Part shown: one piece after another, positions 1-10,744 of the stretch
Numbering within the stretch: position 1 is the stretch's first letter
Layout: the number at the start of each line of letters is the position of its first letter
Assembly (NCBI GenBank): GCA_040005235.1
Contig: JBDTZG010000027.1
Coordinates: 1-64,000, forward strand
DNA length: 64,000 nt
Direction of reading: 5' to 3'
Source of the DNA: Acidobacteriota bacterium
GTDB lineage: Bacteria > Acidobacteriota > Thermoanaerobaculia > Multivoradales > UBA5704
Notes under the pieces: model-generated
What the model saw: only the letters and a program-made list of their open reading frames with translations
The model's database searches: none
Told to the model about the DNA's origin: nothing
Made by a program: the position numbers and the translations under genes

Positions 1-719
1 TCGCCGCCGATCTCGCGCAGGCTCTCTTCCGTCTGGATGTAGACGCCGAGATGCTCTTTGAGCAGCAGCGACGCAAGCGACACCGCCTCTTCCGGAGCGA
101 CCGTGCCGTTGGTCCAAACTTCGAGCACCAGCTTTTCGTAATCGGTGGTCTGACCGAGACGCGCCGCGCCGACCCGGAAGTTCACGCGCCGGACGGGGCT
201 GTGCGCCGAGTCGACCGGAATCCAGCCGATACCGAGCGACTCGTCGAAGTTGCGGTCCGCCGAGACGTAGCCGCGGCCCCGCTCGATCTTGACCTGGAGC
301 TTGAACCGCGCCTCTTCGTTCAGAGTCGCGATGTGGATGTTCGGATCGATGATCTCGATCTGCGGATCATCGGCCATGTGCTTGGCAGTCACCTTGCCCG
401 GACCCGCGACGTCGATCGCCAAAACTTTGGCGTCTTCGCTGTGGAGCCGGATCGGCACCTGCTTCAAGTTCAGGATGATGTCGGTGACGTCTTCGACCAC
501 GCCCGGAACCGAGGAGAACTCATGGAGTACCCCTTCGATGTGAACCGCGGTGATCGCCGCTCCCTCGATCGAGGAGAGCAGACAACGGCGCAGCGCGTTG
601 CCCATGGTGGTGGCAAAACCGCGCTCGAACGGCTGGGCAGTGAACTTGCCGTAGCTCGCCGTCAGTGTTTCTTTTTCTATTTCGACGCGCCGTGGGCGCT
701 GAAAACCCTTCCAAAGCAT
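1..719 (-). CDS. rpoA: RNA polymerase alpha subunit (3' end outside window)
   Basis: Translated by hand from ATG at 719: MLWKGFQRPRRVEIEKETLTASYGKFTAQPFERGFATTMGNALRR...HEFSS; follows rpsD. Confidence 0.97.
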   Translation of the reverse strand, partial: MLWKGFQRPRRVEIEKETLTASYGKFTAQPFERGFATTMGNALRRCLLSSIEGAAITAVHIEGVLHEFSSVPGVVEDVTDIILNLKQVPIRLHSEDAKVLAIDVAGPGKVTAKHMADDPQIEIIDPNIHIATLNEEARFKLQVKIERGRGYVSADRNFDESLGIGWIPVDSAHSPVRRVNFRVGAARLGQTTDYEKLVLEVWTNGTVAPEEAVSLASLLLKEHLGVYIQTEESLREIGG

Positions 720-753
720 GCTCGCTGGCTCCTTCGCGTAGTTGCCGACCGGT

Positions 754-1383
754 TTAGCGGCTGTACAGCTCGACGATCAACTGCTCCTGGATCGGCAGTT
801 TGATGTCTTCGCGCGCAGGAAGGCGCGTGACTTTGCCCGACACATTGTCGGCGTCCAGCTCCAGCCACTCCGGAATCCCGCGGCCGCGGGCGGTTTCGAC
901 GCTCGAGCGGACCAGCGGATTCTTCTTGCTCGCCTCCTTGACCGTGACCGCCTGGCTGGCTTTCACCTGGTAGGAAGGCACCGAGACCTTGCGGCCGTCG
1001 ATCAGGACGTGGCCGTGCCGAACCAACTGACGCGCCTGGGCGCGCGATCCGGCGAAGCCGAGGCTGAAGATGACGTTGTCGAGTCGCCGTTCCAGCATGA
1101 TGAGGAGGTTTTCGCCCGTGATCCCCTTTCGGCGATCGGCCTCCTCGAAATAGGTGCGGAACTGGCTCTCCAACACGCCATAGATGCGCTTGACCTTCTG
1201 CTTCTCGCGCAACTGCAAACCGTAGCCCTGGATCCGGCGGCCGCGGCGATTGCCGTGCTGGCCCGGCGGATAGGCCCTACGCTCGATGGCGCACTTTTCC
1301 TTGAAGCAGCGGTCACCTTTGAGGAACAGCTTGATCCGCTCGCGACGGCACAGCCGGCAAACGGGTCCGCAATATCTTGCCAC
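754..1383 (-). CDS. rpsD: 30S ribosomal protein S4
   Basis: [15 protein letters not shown]...LERRLDN...ARQLVRHGH...LIVELYSR. Confidence 0.99.
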   Translation of the reverse strand: MARYCGPVCRLCRRERIKLFLKGDRCFKEKCAIERRAYPPGQHGNRRGRRIQGYGLQLREKQKVKRIYGVLESQFRTYFEEADRRKGITGENLLIMLERRLDNVIFSLGFAGSRAQARQLVRHGHVLIDGRKVSVPSYQVKASQAVTVKEASKKNPLVRSSVETARGRGIPEWLELDADNVSGKVTRLPAREDIKLPIQEQLIVELYSR

Positions 1384-1494
1384 GTTGTTTCTCCTGACGT
1401 CCTCTCCTCGACGCTACGAGGAATTCATCTGAGGAAGACGAGGGCGAGCACCCCGGAACGCCCGAGGTTCACTCGCCGGTCCCTCTCGCACGCC

Positions 1495-1902
1495 TTAGAC
1501 GCGGCGGCGCTTGCGCGGTCGGCAGCCGTTGTGCGGAATCGGCGTCACGTCCTTGATCGACTTGACCTCGATTCCGGAAGCCTGGAGGGCACGGACCGCC
1601 GATTCGCGGCCGGCTCCCGGACCCTTGACCAGCACGTCGACCGTGCGGACTCCCGAGTCCTTGGCGCTGTTGCCGGCGCTCTGCGCTGCGACCTGCGCCG
1701 CGAACGGCGTGCCTTTGCGCGAGCCTTTGAAACCGATGCGGCCGGCCGACGACCATGAAAGGACATGTCCTTCCGGGTCGGAGATCGACACGATCGTGTT
1801 GTTGAAGGTGGCTTGGATGTGCACCACGCCGTGGGGCACGTTGCGCCGTTCCTTCTTCTTGCCCGCCTTGCGATCCTTCTTCGGAGCTGCTGCCTTCGCC
1901 AT
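1495..1902 (-). CDS. rpsK: 30S ribosomal protein S11
   Basis: HIQATFNNT...[14 protein letters not shown]...[12 protein letters not shown]. Confidence 0.99.
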   Translation of the reverse strand: MAKAAAPKKDRKAGKKKERRNVPHGVVHIQATFNNTIVSISDPEGHVLSWSSAGRIGFKGSRKGTPFAAQVAAQSAGNSAKDSGVRTVDVLVKGPGAGRESAVRALQASGIEVKSIKDVTPIPHNGCRPRKRRRV

Positions 1903-1967
1903 GATTCTCCCTGGGGGCGCACCCGCTCCTCGCTTGGAGGAGCGGAAAGCGCTCGGTCCTTACTTCC

Positions 1968-2351
1968 TTACTTCTTCGTCGCTTTCTTCTTACCGGCGAC
2001 CGCGCCACGCCGCGGACCTTTGCGGGTGCGTGCATTGGTCGAGGTCCGTTGCCCGCGAACCGGAAGGTTCTTGCGGTGACGGACCCCACGGTAACAGCCG
2101 ATCTCCATCAGCCGCTTGATGTTCTGGCTGATCTCTTTGCGCAGATCACCCTCGACGCGCCCCTCGTCCGTGATGACCTTACGGATCCGGCGTGCTTCGT
2201 CCTCGGTCAGATCCTTGACCCGAGTAACCTCGGGGACCTGAGCCTCGGTGAGGATGCTCTTCGAACGCGTACGGCCGATGCCGTAGATGTAGGTCAAGCC
2301 GATCCAAACCTGCTTGTTCTGGGGCAGGTCTACTCCTGCGATGCGTGCCAT
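1968..2351 (-). CDS. rpsM: 30S ribosomal protein S13
   Basis: [10 protein letters not shown]...LTYIYGIG...[14 protein letters not shown]. Confidence 0.99.
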   Translation of the reverse strand: MARIAGVDLPQNKQVWIGLTYIYGIGRTRSKSILTEAQVPEVTRVKDLTEDEARRIRKVITDEGRVEGDLRKEISQNIKRLMEIGCYRGVRHRKNLPVRGQRTSTNARTRKGPRRGAVAGKKKATKK

Positions 2352-2370
2352 AGCTCGTTCCTATCCTGAC

Positions 2371-2484
2371 CTATCCCTGGCGCTGCTTGTGTTTCGCGTT
2401 CTCGCAGATCACCCGCACTACGCCCTTGCGGCGGACGACCTTGCACTTCGGGCAGATCCGTTTGACCGACGTCCGTACTTTCAT
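2371..2484 (-). CDS. rpmJ: 50S ribosomal protein L36
   Basis: Below the ORF-track cutoff; translated by hand as [37 protein letters not shown]. Confidence 0.98.
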   Translation of the reverse strand: MKVRTSVKRICPKCKVVRRKGVVRVICENAKHKQRQG

Positions 2485-2505
2485 CACCCACTCCTTCGTC
2501 CGCGC

Positions 2506-2727
2506 CTACTTCAAGCGGTACACGATTCGACCGCGGTTCAAGTCGTACGGCGAGAGTTCGACCAGAACTCGATCGCCGGGCAAAATCCGGATGAAATGCT
2601 TGCGCATTTTGCCCGAAATGTGCGCCAGAACCTGGTGCTTGTTTTCGAGCTCGACGCGAAACATCGCGTTCGGCAGCGGTTCGACGACTACCGCCTCGAC
2701 CTCGATCGCTTCTTCTTTCTTCGACAA
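2506..2727 (-). CDS. infA: translation initiation factor IF-1
   Basis: [12 protein letters not shown]...HISGKMR...PGDRV...ELSPYDL. Confidence 0.99.
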   Translation of the reverse strand: MSKKEEAIEVEAVVVEPLPNAMFRVELENKHQVLAHISGKMRKHFIRILPGDRVLVELSPYDLNRGRIVYRLK

Positions 2728-2751
2728 ATTTCGCTCCCGCTCGTCTCGGCT

Positions 2752-3504
2752 TTAAGAAGGGCTCGCGCCCAAAACCCGATAGCCGAAAGGCGTCACCGCG
2801 ACCGAGAACTCGAAATGAGCCGACAGCGACCCATCTTCGGTCCGCGCGGTCCAGCCATCCGCGTCCATTTTTACCCCGGCGCTCCCGGCGTTGATCATCG
2901 GCTCGATCGCCAACACCATGCCGGGCTTGAGCTTGGGCCCTTTGCCCGGCTTCCCATAGTTCGGTACCTGCGGGTCCTCGTGCAGCGAAGTCCCGATGCC
3001 GTGGCCCGAGAACTCCCGCACCACCGAGTAGCCATTGCGCTCGGCGTGCGCCTGCACCGCGTGGCCGATGTCGGAAAGCCGACCGCCCGGCCGAACCTGC
3101 TCGATCCCGAGCAGCAAAGAATTTCTCGTCACGGCGAGCAGGCGTTCCGCCTCCGCCGAGACCGGCCCCACCGCGAACGTTCGCGCCGCGTCGCCGAAAT
3201 AACCTTTGTACTGCACTCCGCAGTCGATCCCGACGATGTCGCCGGAGACCAGCGGCAGCTCATTCGGAATGCCATGAACGATCACGTCGTTCTTGGCGAT
3301 GCAGAGCGTCGCCGGATAGCCCCGATAGTGCAGGAACGCCGGCACCCCGCCGCGCGAGCGAATGAACTGCTCGGCAAATCGGTCGAGGTCGGCGGTCATC
3401 GCCCCCGGCACCACCCGCTCGGCGAGCTGATCGAGCACATCATGCACGATCCGGTTCGCCTGATCCATCAACTCGATCTCGCCCGGCGTCTTGAGCACGG
3501 TCAT
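2752..3504 (-). CDS. map: methionine aminopeptidase type I
   Basis: HGIP, GHGIG...LHEDP, AIEPMIN, SAHFE motifs; lies after adk. Confidence 0.98.
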   Translation of the reverse strand: MTVLKTPGEIELMDQANRIVHDVLDQLAERVVPGAMTADLDRFAEQFIRSRGGVPAFLHYRGYPATLCIAKNDVIVHGIPNELPLVSGDIVGIDCGVQYKGYFGDAARTFAVGPVSAEAERLLAVTRNSLLLGIEQVRPGGRLSDIGHAVQAHAERNGYSVVREFSGHGIGTSLHEDPQVPNYGKPGKGPKLKPGMVLAIEPMINAGSAGVKMDADGWTARTEDGSLSAHFEFSVAVTPFGYRVLGASPS

Positions 3505-4091
3505 GACCGCCCACCGATACCATCGAGCGCCGCGATCATCTGCCGCGTCACTTCCTGGATCGACTGGAAACCCGAGATCGGCCGAACCAGGCCCCGCTCG
3601 CCGTAATACGCGACCAACGGCTCGGTTTCTTCGCGATATATACGCTGCCGATCGCCCACGACCTCCAGTGTGTCGTCTGCGCGGCCGCGCGCGAGCATCC
3701 GGCGAATCAGCTCCTCTTCCTGAACCTCGACCAGCAGAACGCAGTCGATGCCCCCGTCGCCAAGGATCCGATCCAGCGAATGTGCCTGAGGCAACGTCCG
3801 CGGATATCCGTCGAGCAGAAAGCCGCGCGAGGTATCGGGTTGGCCCAACCTCTCGGCTACGACTTCAAGCATCGTCTCGTCGTCCACCAAGAGGCCCAGC
3901 TTCATGAGACCCTGGACCTTGCGGCCGAGCTCCGATCCGGCGGCGATTGCGCTCCTCAACATGTCTCCAGTTGAGATCTGCGGCACGCCAAGCTGCTTTG
4001 AAAGAACCTCCCCCTGGGTTCCCTTGCCTGAGCCCGGAGGTCCTAAAAGGATCACCCGAAAACGGGCGCCACGGTCATCCCCTTCGCCCAC
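3501..4091 (-). CDS. adk: adenylate kinase (short-LID type)
   Basis: GPPGSGKGTQ, STGDMLR, LDGYPR; short RGRADD lid. Confidence 0.97.
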   Translation of the reverse strand: MGEGDDRGARFRVILLGPPGSGKGTQGEVLSKQLGVPQISTGDMLRSAIAAGSELGRKVQGLMKLGLLVDDETMLEVVAERLGQPDTSRGFLLDGYPRTLPQAHSLDRILGDGGIDCVLLVEVQEEELIRRMLARGRADDTLEVVGDRQRIYREETEPLVAYYGERGLVRPISGFQSIQEVTRQMIAALDGIGGRS

Positions 4092-5457
4092 GAATCCTTC
4101 CCCGCTTCATGAAGCCCTCGTAGTTGCGCATCACTAGCTGGCTTTCGATCTGCTGGACCGTGTCCATCGCAACGCCGACGACGATGAGCAGCGAGGTACC
4201 GCCGAAGTAGAAGTTGATCCCCATGCCGTTGGTAAACCAGTTCGGCAGGACTCCGTCGAGGGTCGCTCCCAGGAACGGAATCTGCTGCACGTGGATACCG
4301 GTGAGCAGGAACTCCGGCAACACCGTGACAGCGGCCAAATAGAGCGCCCCCACCAGGGTCAAGCGGGTCAAGATCCGATCGATGTATTCGGCGGTCCGCT
4401 TGCCTGGGCGGATGCCCGGGACGAAGCCGCCGTATTTCCGCATGTTTTCGGAAAGATCGGCCGGATTGAAGATGATCGAGACGTAGAAGTAGGCAAAGAA
4501 CACGATCGTCACGATCTGGAGCAGGTAGTAGAGCGGCGCGCCGTACGAGATGAAGCTCACCATCTTCAAGACCCACTCGTTCTTTACGAACTGGGCGATG
4601 GTCGTCGGGATCATTACCACGGAGCTTGCGAAGATGACCGGGATGACGCCGCCGGTATTTACCCGCAACGGCAAATAGGTGCTCTGCCCGCCGTAGACCT
4701 TCCGTCCGACCACCCGCTTCGCATACTGAACCGGAATGCGCCTTTGCGCCCGCTCCATGTAGACGATGAACGCGACGACCAGCAACATGAACCCGAGAAG
4801 GATGATCATCCCGAACGCCGAAAGCGTCTCGTTCTTGATGCCATTGATCGAGTTGCCGATCGCGGGGACCAAGCCGACCACGATGCCGGCGAAGATGATC
4901 AACGAGATCCCGTTGCCGATGCCCCGTTCGCTGATCTGCTCGCCGAGCCACATGATGAACGCCGTGCCGGTCGTGAGCGTGAGCACCGTGAACAGGCGGA
5001 AACCCCAGCCCGGATGCGGCACAACGGGAGCCTGGCCCGCGGTGGTCTGCGCTTGCAGCCAGGTCGAGATGCCGAGCGACTGGATGATCGCGATGATCAT
5101 CGCGCCGTACCGGGTGTATTGCGTGATCTTCCTGCGGCCGAGCTCACCCTCTTTGGATAGCTTCTCGAGGTAGGGCCAGACCACGGTCAGCAGCTGCAGG
5201 ATGATCGACGCCGTGATGTACGGCATGATCCCGAGCGCGAAGACCGTGAACTTACCTAAGGAGCCACCGGTGAAGGTGTTGAAGAAGCCGAGGAAGCTGT
5301 TCTGCATCTGCGCCATCAGCTCGATCAACGCATTCGGATCCACTCCCGGCGTCGGGATGTGGCAACCGATCCGGTAGACCGCGAGCAGTCCAAAGGTGAA
5401 CAGAACCCGCTTGCGCAGCTCCGGAATGGCGAAAATATTACGGAAACTATCGATCAC
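4075..5457 (-). CDS. secY: preprotein translocase SecY
   Basis: LGIMPYITASII, GIGNGISLIIF, PGIRPG, GGTSLLIVVGV. Confidence 0.99.
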   Translation of the reverse strand: MIDSFRNIFAIPELRKRVLFTFGLLAVYRIGCHIPTPGVDPNALIELMAQMQNSFLGFFNTFTGGSLGKFTVFALGIMPYITASIILQLLTVVWPYLEKLSKEGELGRRKITQYTRYGAMIIAIIQSLGISTWLQAQTTAGQAPVVPHPGWGFRLFTVLTLTTGTAFIMWLGEQISERGIGNGISLIIFAGIVVGLVPAIGNSINGIKNETLSAFGMIILLGFMLLVVAFIVYMERAQRRIPVQYAKRVVGRKVYGGQSTYLPLRVNTGGVIPVIFASSVVMIPTTIAQFVKNEWVLKMVSFISYGAPLYYLLQIVTIVFFAYFYVSIIFNPADLSENMRKYGGFVPGIRPGKRTAEYIDRILTRLTLVGALYLAAVTVLPEFLLTGIHVQQIPFLGATLDGVLPNWFTNGMGINFYFGGTSLLIVVGVAMDTVQQIESQLVMRNYEGFMKRGRIRGRRG

Positions 5458-5906
5458 CGCAGTTCCTCGCAGCTCCCGCCCGCCGCCTCGATCTTGGCCC
5501 GGGCCGACTTGCTGAACTTGTGAGCCGTCACCTTGAGCGCTTTGCCGATCTCGCCGTCACCGAGCACCTTGACCCGTTCGCCCTTGCGCACCAGACCGAG
5601 CTCGACGAGCGACTCGGGGGTCACGGCGATCGAGGCTTGCGCCGCTTCGGCCAGATCGGCGAGCACGGCGAGATTCACGATGTCGTATTCCGTCTTCCAG
5701 ATGTTGGTGAACCCGCGCTTCGGTACGCGCCGGACGAGCGGCATCTGGCCGCCTTCGAATCCGAGACGCCCCTGATAGCCGGTTCGCGAGCGCTGGCCTT
5801 TTTCGCCCTTGCCGGAGGTCTTGCCAATTCCGGATCCCGGGCCGCGGCCTACCCGCTTCTTGGAGTGCTTGCTCCCCTTCGCCGGGGACATCTCGTGCAG
5901 CTTCAT
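5454..5906 (-). CDS. rplO: 50S ribosomal protein L15
   Basis: RVGRGPGSG...FEGGQMPL..R.PKRGF. Confidence 0.99.
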   Translation of the reverse strand: MKLHEMSPAKGSKHSKKRVGRGPGSGIGKTSGKGEKGQRSRTGYQGRLGFEGGQMPLVRRVPKRGFTNIWKTEYDIVNLAVLADLAEAAQASIAVTPESLVELGLVRKGERVKVLGDGEIGKALKVTAHKFSKSARAKIEAAGGSCEELR

Positions 5907-5908
5907 GG

Positions 5909-6145
5909 CTAGACCTCTTCCACCTGGAGCAAATAGCCGACCTTCGCCAACACACCGCGCAGAGCCGGCGAGTCCTGCCGTTCGACTACGTCATGCATGC
6001 GCCGAAGTCCAAGCCCGCGGACCGACTCCTCGTGTCCTGGCTTCGTGCTGATCGTGCTGCGGATCTGACGGATCCGCAGCCGTTTCGTCTCGGCGACCGG
6101 CGCTTCCGCCTTTGCCGCCGCTTTTTTTTGAGCCCTTGCAGCCAT
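5909..6145 (-). CDS. rpmD: 50S ribosomal protein L30 with Ala/Lys-rich N-terminal extension
   Basis: ATG at 6145; LRIRQIRS...LGLRR...DSPALRG; lies between rpsE and rplO. Confidence 0.93.
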   Translation of the reverse strand: MAARAQKKAAAKAEAPVAETKRLRIRQIRSTISTKPGHEESVRGLGLRRMHDVVERQDSPALRGVLAKVGYLLQVEEV

Positions 6146-6155
6146 TGCCCGCTCC

Positions 6156-6686
6156 CTAGCCTCGCACCAATTTGACCGTCGGAACGCCAGCCTGCGGCGG
6201 CTCGATGCCGCGCAGCCGGAAGACGTCCTCGGGCTGACGCAGGCTGAGCAGCGCATGGAACGTGGCTTTCACCACGTTGTGCGGATTGGTCGTGCCCAGA
6301 GACTTGGTCAAAATGTCCTGGATACCCGCGGTCTCGATCACCGCCCGCACCGGTCCGCCGGCGATTACGCCCGTGCCTTCCGAAGCCGGCTTGAGCAGAA
6401 CTCGCCCCGCGCCATAGACGCCCAAGGTCTCGTGCGGGATGGTGGTTCCCCGCGTCGGCACCTGGATCATATTACGCTTGGCGATCTCGATCCCCTTGCG
6501 AATCGCAACCGGGACCTCTTTCGCCTTGCCCGCACCGTATCCGACCCGACCCTTGCCGTCGCCGATCACCACCAGGGCGGAGAACGAAAAGTTCTTGCCA
6601 CCCTTGACGACCTTGGTCACCCGGTTGATGTGGACGACCTGCTCGAAAAACTCGCTTTCGCGCTCGAACTCACGTTCCCTGGCCAC
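6156..6686 (-). CDS. rpsE: 30S ribosomal protein S5
   Basis: [11 protein letters not shown]...GTGVIAGG. Confidence 0.99.
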   Translation of the reverse strand: MAREREFERESEFFEQVVHINRVTKVVKGGKNFSFSALVVIGDGKGRVGYGAGKAKEVPVAIRKGIEIAKRNMIQVPTRGTTIPHETLGVYGAGRVLLKPASEGTGVIAGGPVRAVIETAGIQDILTKSLGTTNPHNVVKATFHALLSLRQPEDVFRLRGIEPPQAGVPTVKLVRG

Positions 6687-6701
6687 AGCTCGCCTCCGAC
6701 C

Positions 6702-7088
6702 TCAAAATTGAAGCCCGTTCTCGCGGGCCGAGTCGGCCAGCGCCTTGACCTTGCCGTGGTACACGTAACCACCACGATCGAAGACCACTTTGTCCACGCC
6801 GTTCGCTTTCGCGCGTTCCGCAACCGCCGCACCGACCACCTTCGCGGCATCGATCCCGGCGGATCCGCCCGAGAGCTTTGCCTTGAGGTCGGCGTCCAAG
6901 GAATTCGCCTGCGCAAGCGTCACGCCGCGATCGTCGTCGATGATCTGCGCGTAGATGAAGCGCAGACTTTTGTAGACCGACAAGCGCGGCCGAACCGCGG
7001 TGCCATGCACCCTCTGGCGTACCCGCAGGTGAGCCCGCTCGCGGCGCGCCCGCTTTTTCAAGAGCTGCTTCGTCAGATGCTCGGTCAT
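6702..7088 (-). CDS. rplR: 50S ribosomal protein L18
   Basis: RPRLSVYKS...[14 protein letters not shown]. Confidence 0.99.
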   Translation of the reverse strand: MTEHLTKQLLKKRARRERAHLRVRQRVHGTAVRPRLSVYKSLRFIYAQIIDDDRGVTLAQANSLDADLKAKLSGGSAGIDAAKVVGAAVAERAKANGVDKVVFDRGGYVYHGKVKALADSARENGLQF

Positions 7089-7090
7089 CT

Positions 7091-7633
7091 CTACTTGCCT
7101 CCGGCCTTGCCGACCTTGCGGCGGAGGACCTCGTTGGCGAATTTGACGCCCTTGCCCTTGTAGGGGTCGGGCTTCCGGAGGGAGCGGATCTCGGCGGCGA
7201 CCTGGCCGACCTTCTGGCGATCCGCGCCCGAAATGGCGAGCTTGCCCGCCTTGGCGTCGAGGTCGATCTTGATCCCCTCCGGGATGTTGAACATCACCGG
7301 GTGGGAGTAGCCGAGCGCGAACTGCACTTGGGCGCCCTTCAGCTCGGCGCGGTAGCCGACGCCGATGATCTCAAGATTCTTGACGAAACCGGCCGACGCG
7401 CCTTCGACGGCGTTGGCCAGCAAAGCCCGCAGCAACCCGTGCTTGGCCCGCTCGGGACCGGACTCGCCGGGCCGCGCGACCGTCACGCCGCCATCGTCCA
7501 TGGTCACCGGGTAGCCGGGAAAGATCGCCTGGCTGACCTTGCCCTTGGGGCCTTCGGCCGTGAAGACTCCGTCGTGGACCTTGACCTCGGTCCCCTTGGG
7601 AATCGGAATGATTTTTCTACCAATGCGCGACAT
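7091..7633 (-). CDS. rplF: 50S ribosomal protein L6
   Basis: MSRIGR...GVGYRA...LGYSHP...PDPYKGKG. Confidence 0.99.
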   Translation of the reverse strand: MSRIGRKIIPIPKGTEVKVHDGVFTAEGPKGKVSQAIFPGYPVTMDDGGVTVARPGESGPERAKHGLLRALLANAVEGASAGFVKNLEIIGVGYRAELKGAQVQFALGYSHPVMFNIPEGIKIDLDAKAGKLAISGADRQKVGQVAAEIRSLRKPDPYKGKGVKFANEVLRRKVGKAGGK

Positions 7634-7657
7634 CGGTGGCTCTCCTAGGCAAGCTCT

Positions 7658-8062
7658 CTACCAGAGACGGCAGAGGAGCTCGCCCCCCACGCGGCGCTCG
7701 CGCGCCTGTTTGTCCGACAGCAACCCTTGCGAAGTCGACACGATCGCCATCCCGAGACCGTTGCGCACCTCGGTGATCTCGTCGGCGCCCATGTACAGAC
7801 GACGTCCCGGCTTGCTCAGACGTTCGACATAGTTGATCGCCGGCTGGCCGTCCGCGCTGTAGCGAAGATAGATGCGAAGCGTGTCGTTCAACGCTCCCTC
7901 TTCCCGGAGGCGCTTGACGCTGCGGATGAAGCCTTCGTTCTCAAGGATTTTGCAAACCTCCTCCTTGAGGCGCGACGCCGGAATGTCCAGCCGGTCGTGC
8001 TTGGCCATATGCGCGTTGCGAACGCGCGCCAGAAGATCCGCAATCGGATCGGTCATGCTCAT
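7658..8062 (-). CDS. rpsH: 30S ribosomal protein S8
   Basis: ATG at 8062, MSMTDPIADLLARVRNA...SKPGRR...VGGE. Confidence 0.98.
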   Translation of the reverse strand: MSMTDPIADLLARVRNAHMAKHDRLDIPASRLKEEVCKILENEGFIRSVKRLREEGALNDTLRIYLRYSADGQPAINYVERLSKPGRRLYMGADEITEVRNGLGMAIVSTSQGLLSDKQARERRVGGELLCRLW

Positions 8063-8088
8063 CGTGCTCTCCTTAGATCCAAGCGGGC

Positions 8089-8274
8089 CTACCAGCTGGC
8101 CTTGATGACGCCGGGCAGATATCCCTGGAGCGCCAGGTCCCGGAGGTGAATGCGGCAGAGCCCGAACTTGCGGTAGACACCACGCGGGCGGCCACATACT
8201 CTACACCGGTTCCGGTGGCGAACCGAGAACTTTGGCTTCTTTTTCGTCTTTGCGATTTTCGCAGTCGTCGCCAC
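8089..8274 (-). CDS. rpsN: 30S ribosomal protein S14 type Z
   Basis: 61 aa; [11 protein letters not shown]...LCRIH...LPGVIKASW. Confidence 0.98.
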   Translation of the reverse strand: MATTAKIAKTKKKPKFSVRHRNRCRVCGRPRGVYRKFGLCRIHLRDLALQGYLPGVIKASW

Positions 8275-8283
8275 GGAGGTCTC

Positions 8284-8892
8284 CTAGCGCGGGAACGGCA
8301 TGCCGAGCTCGCGCAGGAGAAACAGCGCACGCTCGTCGTTGCCGGCCGTTGTCGTAATCGTGATGTTCATCCCCTTGGGCTTCTCGACCTTGTTGTAGTC
8401 GACCTCCGGGAAGATCAGGTGGTCCTTGATGCCGAGCGTGTAGTTGCCGCGGCCATCGAAACTCTTCGTGGGGATGCCGCGGAAGTCGCGAACTCGGGGC
8501 AGGGCGATCGCGATGAGGCGATCGAGAAACTCCCACATCCGCTCGCCGCGCAGCGTGACCCGGCAGCCGATCGGCATGCCTTCGCGCAGCTTGAAGGCCG
8601 CGATCGATTTCCGGGCACGGGTGACCACCGGCCGTTGGCCCGCGAGCGCCTGCAGCTCCTCGACCGCCTCGTCGAGGATCTTGACGTTCTGGATCGCCTC
8701 GCCCATGCCCATGTTGAGCGAGATCTTCTCCAGGCGGGGAACCGCCATGGGGTTCTCGATCCCGAACTCCTTCATCAGGCGCGACACGACCTCGCCCTCG
8801 TATTGCTGCTTGAGCCGAGGAACGTATCCCTCGCGCCGCTCGGTCGGCCCGACCGTCGACAGCTCGCGGTCTTCCGTCTTCTTCTTCGCCAT
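8284..8892 (-). CDS. rplE: 50S ribosomal protein L5
   Basis: [11 protein letters not shown]...PRVRDFRG...FDGRGNY. Confidence 0.99.
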   Translation of the reverse strand: MAKKKTEDRELSTVGPTERREGYVPRLKQQYEGEVVSRLMKEFGIENPMAVPRLEKISLNMGMGEAIQNVKILDEAVEELQALAGQRPVVTRARKSIAAFKLREGMPIGCRVTLRGERMWEFLDRLIAIALPRVRDFRGIPTKSFDGRGNYTLGIKDHLIFPEVDYNKVEKPKGMNITITTTAGNDERALFLLRELGMPFPR

Positions 8893-8938
8893 GGTCAGCC
8901 TTTCCGCCTATTCCAATCTTTGAGCCGCAACCCGAGCT

Positions 8939-9286
8939 TCAAAACTTCGCGTTGCACTTCTTGCAAACGCGCACGCCTTTGCCATCCTCAAGTCGAGCGC
9001 GACCGACCCGCGTCGGCTCGCCGCACTCCGGGCAGATCACCTTGACGTTCGACAAGTGAATCGTCCCTTCGCGCTCGAGGATGCCGCCCTGCACGCCCTT
9101 CTGCGGGTTCGCCCTAGTGTGGCGCTTGATCATGTTCACGTGCTCGACGACAGCCCGACCTTCGCCCGGCATGACGCGAAGCACTCGGCTTCGCACGCCC
9201 CGGTTCCGTCCGGCCATCACCAGCACCTGGTCGTTCTTTTTGACCTGCGCCTTCGGCGCCTTCTGCGTTTTTTCCATCTCGCTCAT
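8939..9286 (-). CDS. rplX: 50S ribosomal protein L24
   Basis: KKNDQV...GGILEREG.IHLSNV; C-terminal CxxC..CxxC. Confidence 0.98.
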   Translation of the reverse strand: MSEMEKTQKAPKAQVKKNDQVLVMAGRNRGVRSRVLRVMPGEGRAVVEHVNMIKRHTRANPQKGVQGGILEREGTIHLSNVKVICPECGEPTRVGRARLEDGKGVRVCKKCNAKF

Positions 9287-9323
9287 GGTGTGAGCTCCCG
9301 TACTTAATTCCAGCCCTGACCTG

Positions 9324-9692
9324 CTAGATGACTTCCGGCGCGAGCGAGACGATCTTCATGAACCGACGCTCACGAAGCTCTCTGGCCACCGGGCCGAAGA
9401 CGCGCGTTCCGATCGGCTCGCCGTCGTCCTTGATCAACACCGCGGAGTTCGTGTCGAACCGAATGTAGCTGCCGTCTTTACGACGCTGCTCCTTGGCCGT
9501 CCGCACGATCACCGCTTTGACCACCTGGCCCTTCTTGACCGTGCCGTCGGGCGACGCCTCTTTGACCGACGCCGTGATCGTGTCGCCCAAGCGGCCGTAC
9601 TGGCCGGTCGAGCCACCCCGCATGTGAATGCAGAAGATCTTCTTGGCGCCCGAGTTGTCGGCCACGTCCAGGATCGTTCCCATTTGAATCAT
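9324..9692 (-). CDS. rplN: 50S ribosomal protein L14
   Basis: MIQ...VADNSGAK...[12 protein letters not shown]...SLAPEV. Confidence 0.99.
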   Translation of the reverse strand: MIQMGTILDVADNSGAKKIFCIHMRGGSTGQYGRLGDTITASVKEASPDGTVKKGQVVKAVIVRTAKEQRRKDGSYIRFDTNSAVLIKDDGEPIGTRVFGPVARELRERRFMKIVSLAPEVI

Positions 9693-9702
9693 GGCTCGCT
9701 CC

Positions 9703-10017
9703 TCACTTCGCCCGCTTCAAGATCTCGCGCACGCGCCAGCGCTTGGTCCGCGACAAGGGGCGGCTCGAAACGATCGCCACCTGGTCGCCGATGTTGCACT
9801 GCAGCTCGTCGTGCGCCGCGAATTTGGTCGTCTTCTTCATCCGGCGGTGATAGAGACGGTCGTTGACCAGGATCTCCACCGCAACGATGACCGTCTGGGT
9901 CATCTTGTTGCTGACCACCGTGCCCACCTTGGTCTGGCGCCGGTTCTGGCGCGCGGCCGCAGGTTCGATCGAACTGATCGGGCTTTCGACTGTTGCTTCC
10001 TCGGTCATCTCGCTCAT
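9703..10017 (-). CDS. rpsQ: 30S ribosomal protein S17
   Basis: GTVVSNKM...AHDE...GD.V...RPLS.TKRW. Confidence 0.98.
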   Translation of the reverse strand: MSEMTEEATVESPISSIEPAAARQNRRQTKVGTVVSNKMTQTVIVAVEILVNDRLYHRRMKKTTKFAAHDELQCNIGDQVAIVSSRPLSRTKRWRVREILKRAK

Positions 10018-10059
10018 GGTGCTTTCGTTCCTTTATCCATCGACCCGCCGGTCCCTGAT

Positions 10060-10287
10060 TCAGCCGCGCGCGGAGCTGCCGGCGGCAGTCCGCTTCGCGG
10101 TGAGGACCGTCAACACGCGTGCGAGATCCCGGCGTACCTGACGCACGCGGGCCGGCTTCTCCAGCTGCCCCGTCACCTTCTGCAGACGCAGGGCGAAGAG
10201 CTGCTCGGCGAGATCCTTCTCTTTTTGCAGCAGCTCGTCGACCGTACTGTCGCGCAGCTCCACAGGCTTCAACGTGGCATTGGCCAT
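10060..10287 (-). CDS. rpmC: 50S ribosomal protein L29
   Basis: ELR...LFALR.Q..TGQL...VRRDLAR.LT. Confidence 0.97.
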   Translation of the reverse strand: MANATLKPVELRDSTVDELLQKEKDLAEQLFALRLQKVTGQLEKPARVRQVRRDLARVLTVLTAKRTAAGSSARG

Positions 10288-10294
10288 GATCGAG

Positions 10295-10714
10295 TTACCT
10301 CAGCTCCTCGTGCCGGGACACGAAACGGGTCTTGATGCCCAGCTTGTGGGACGCGAGGCGCATCGCCTGCTCGGCGATCTCCTGGGTCACCCCTTCAAGC
10401 TCGTAAAGGATGCGAGCCGGGCGAACCACCGCGACCCACTCCTCGGGATTTCCTTTGCCCTTGCCCATGCGGGTTTCGAGCGGCTTCTTGGTGATCGGCT
10501 TGTCCGGGAAGACCCGAATCCACATCTTGCCGCCGCGCTTGACGGCGCGCGAGATCGCGATGCGGGCGGCCTCGATCTGACGGGCGGTGACCCAGCCCGG
10601 TTCGAGCGCCTGCAAACCGTAGTCACCGAAGGCGATATAGCTACCGCCTTTCGACATCCCGGCACGCCGGCCGCGATGTTGCTTTCTGAACTTGACCTTC
10701 TTCGGCATCAACAT
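10295..10714 (-). CDS. rplP: 50S ribosomal protein L16
   Basis: [11 protein letters not shown]...RQIEAAR...RMGKGKG. Confidence 0.99.
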   Translation of the reverse strand: MLMPKKVKFRKQHRGRRAGMSKGGSYIAFGDYGLQALEPGWVTARQIEAARIAISRAVKRGGKMWIRVFPDKPITKKPLETRMGKGKGNPEEWVAVVRPARILYELEGVTQEIAEQAMRLASHKLGIKTRFVSRHEELR

Positions 10715-10744
10715 GGCTGAATCCCCTGACTTGCCGCAGCGCCC

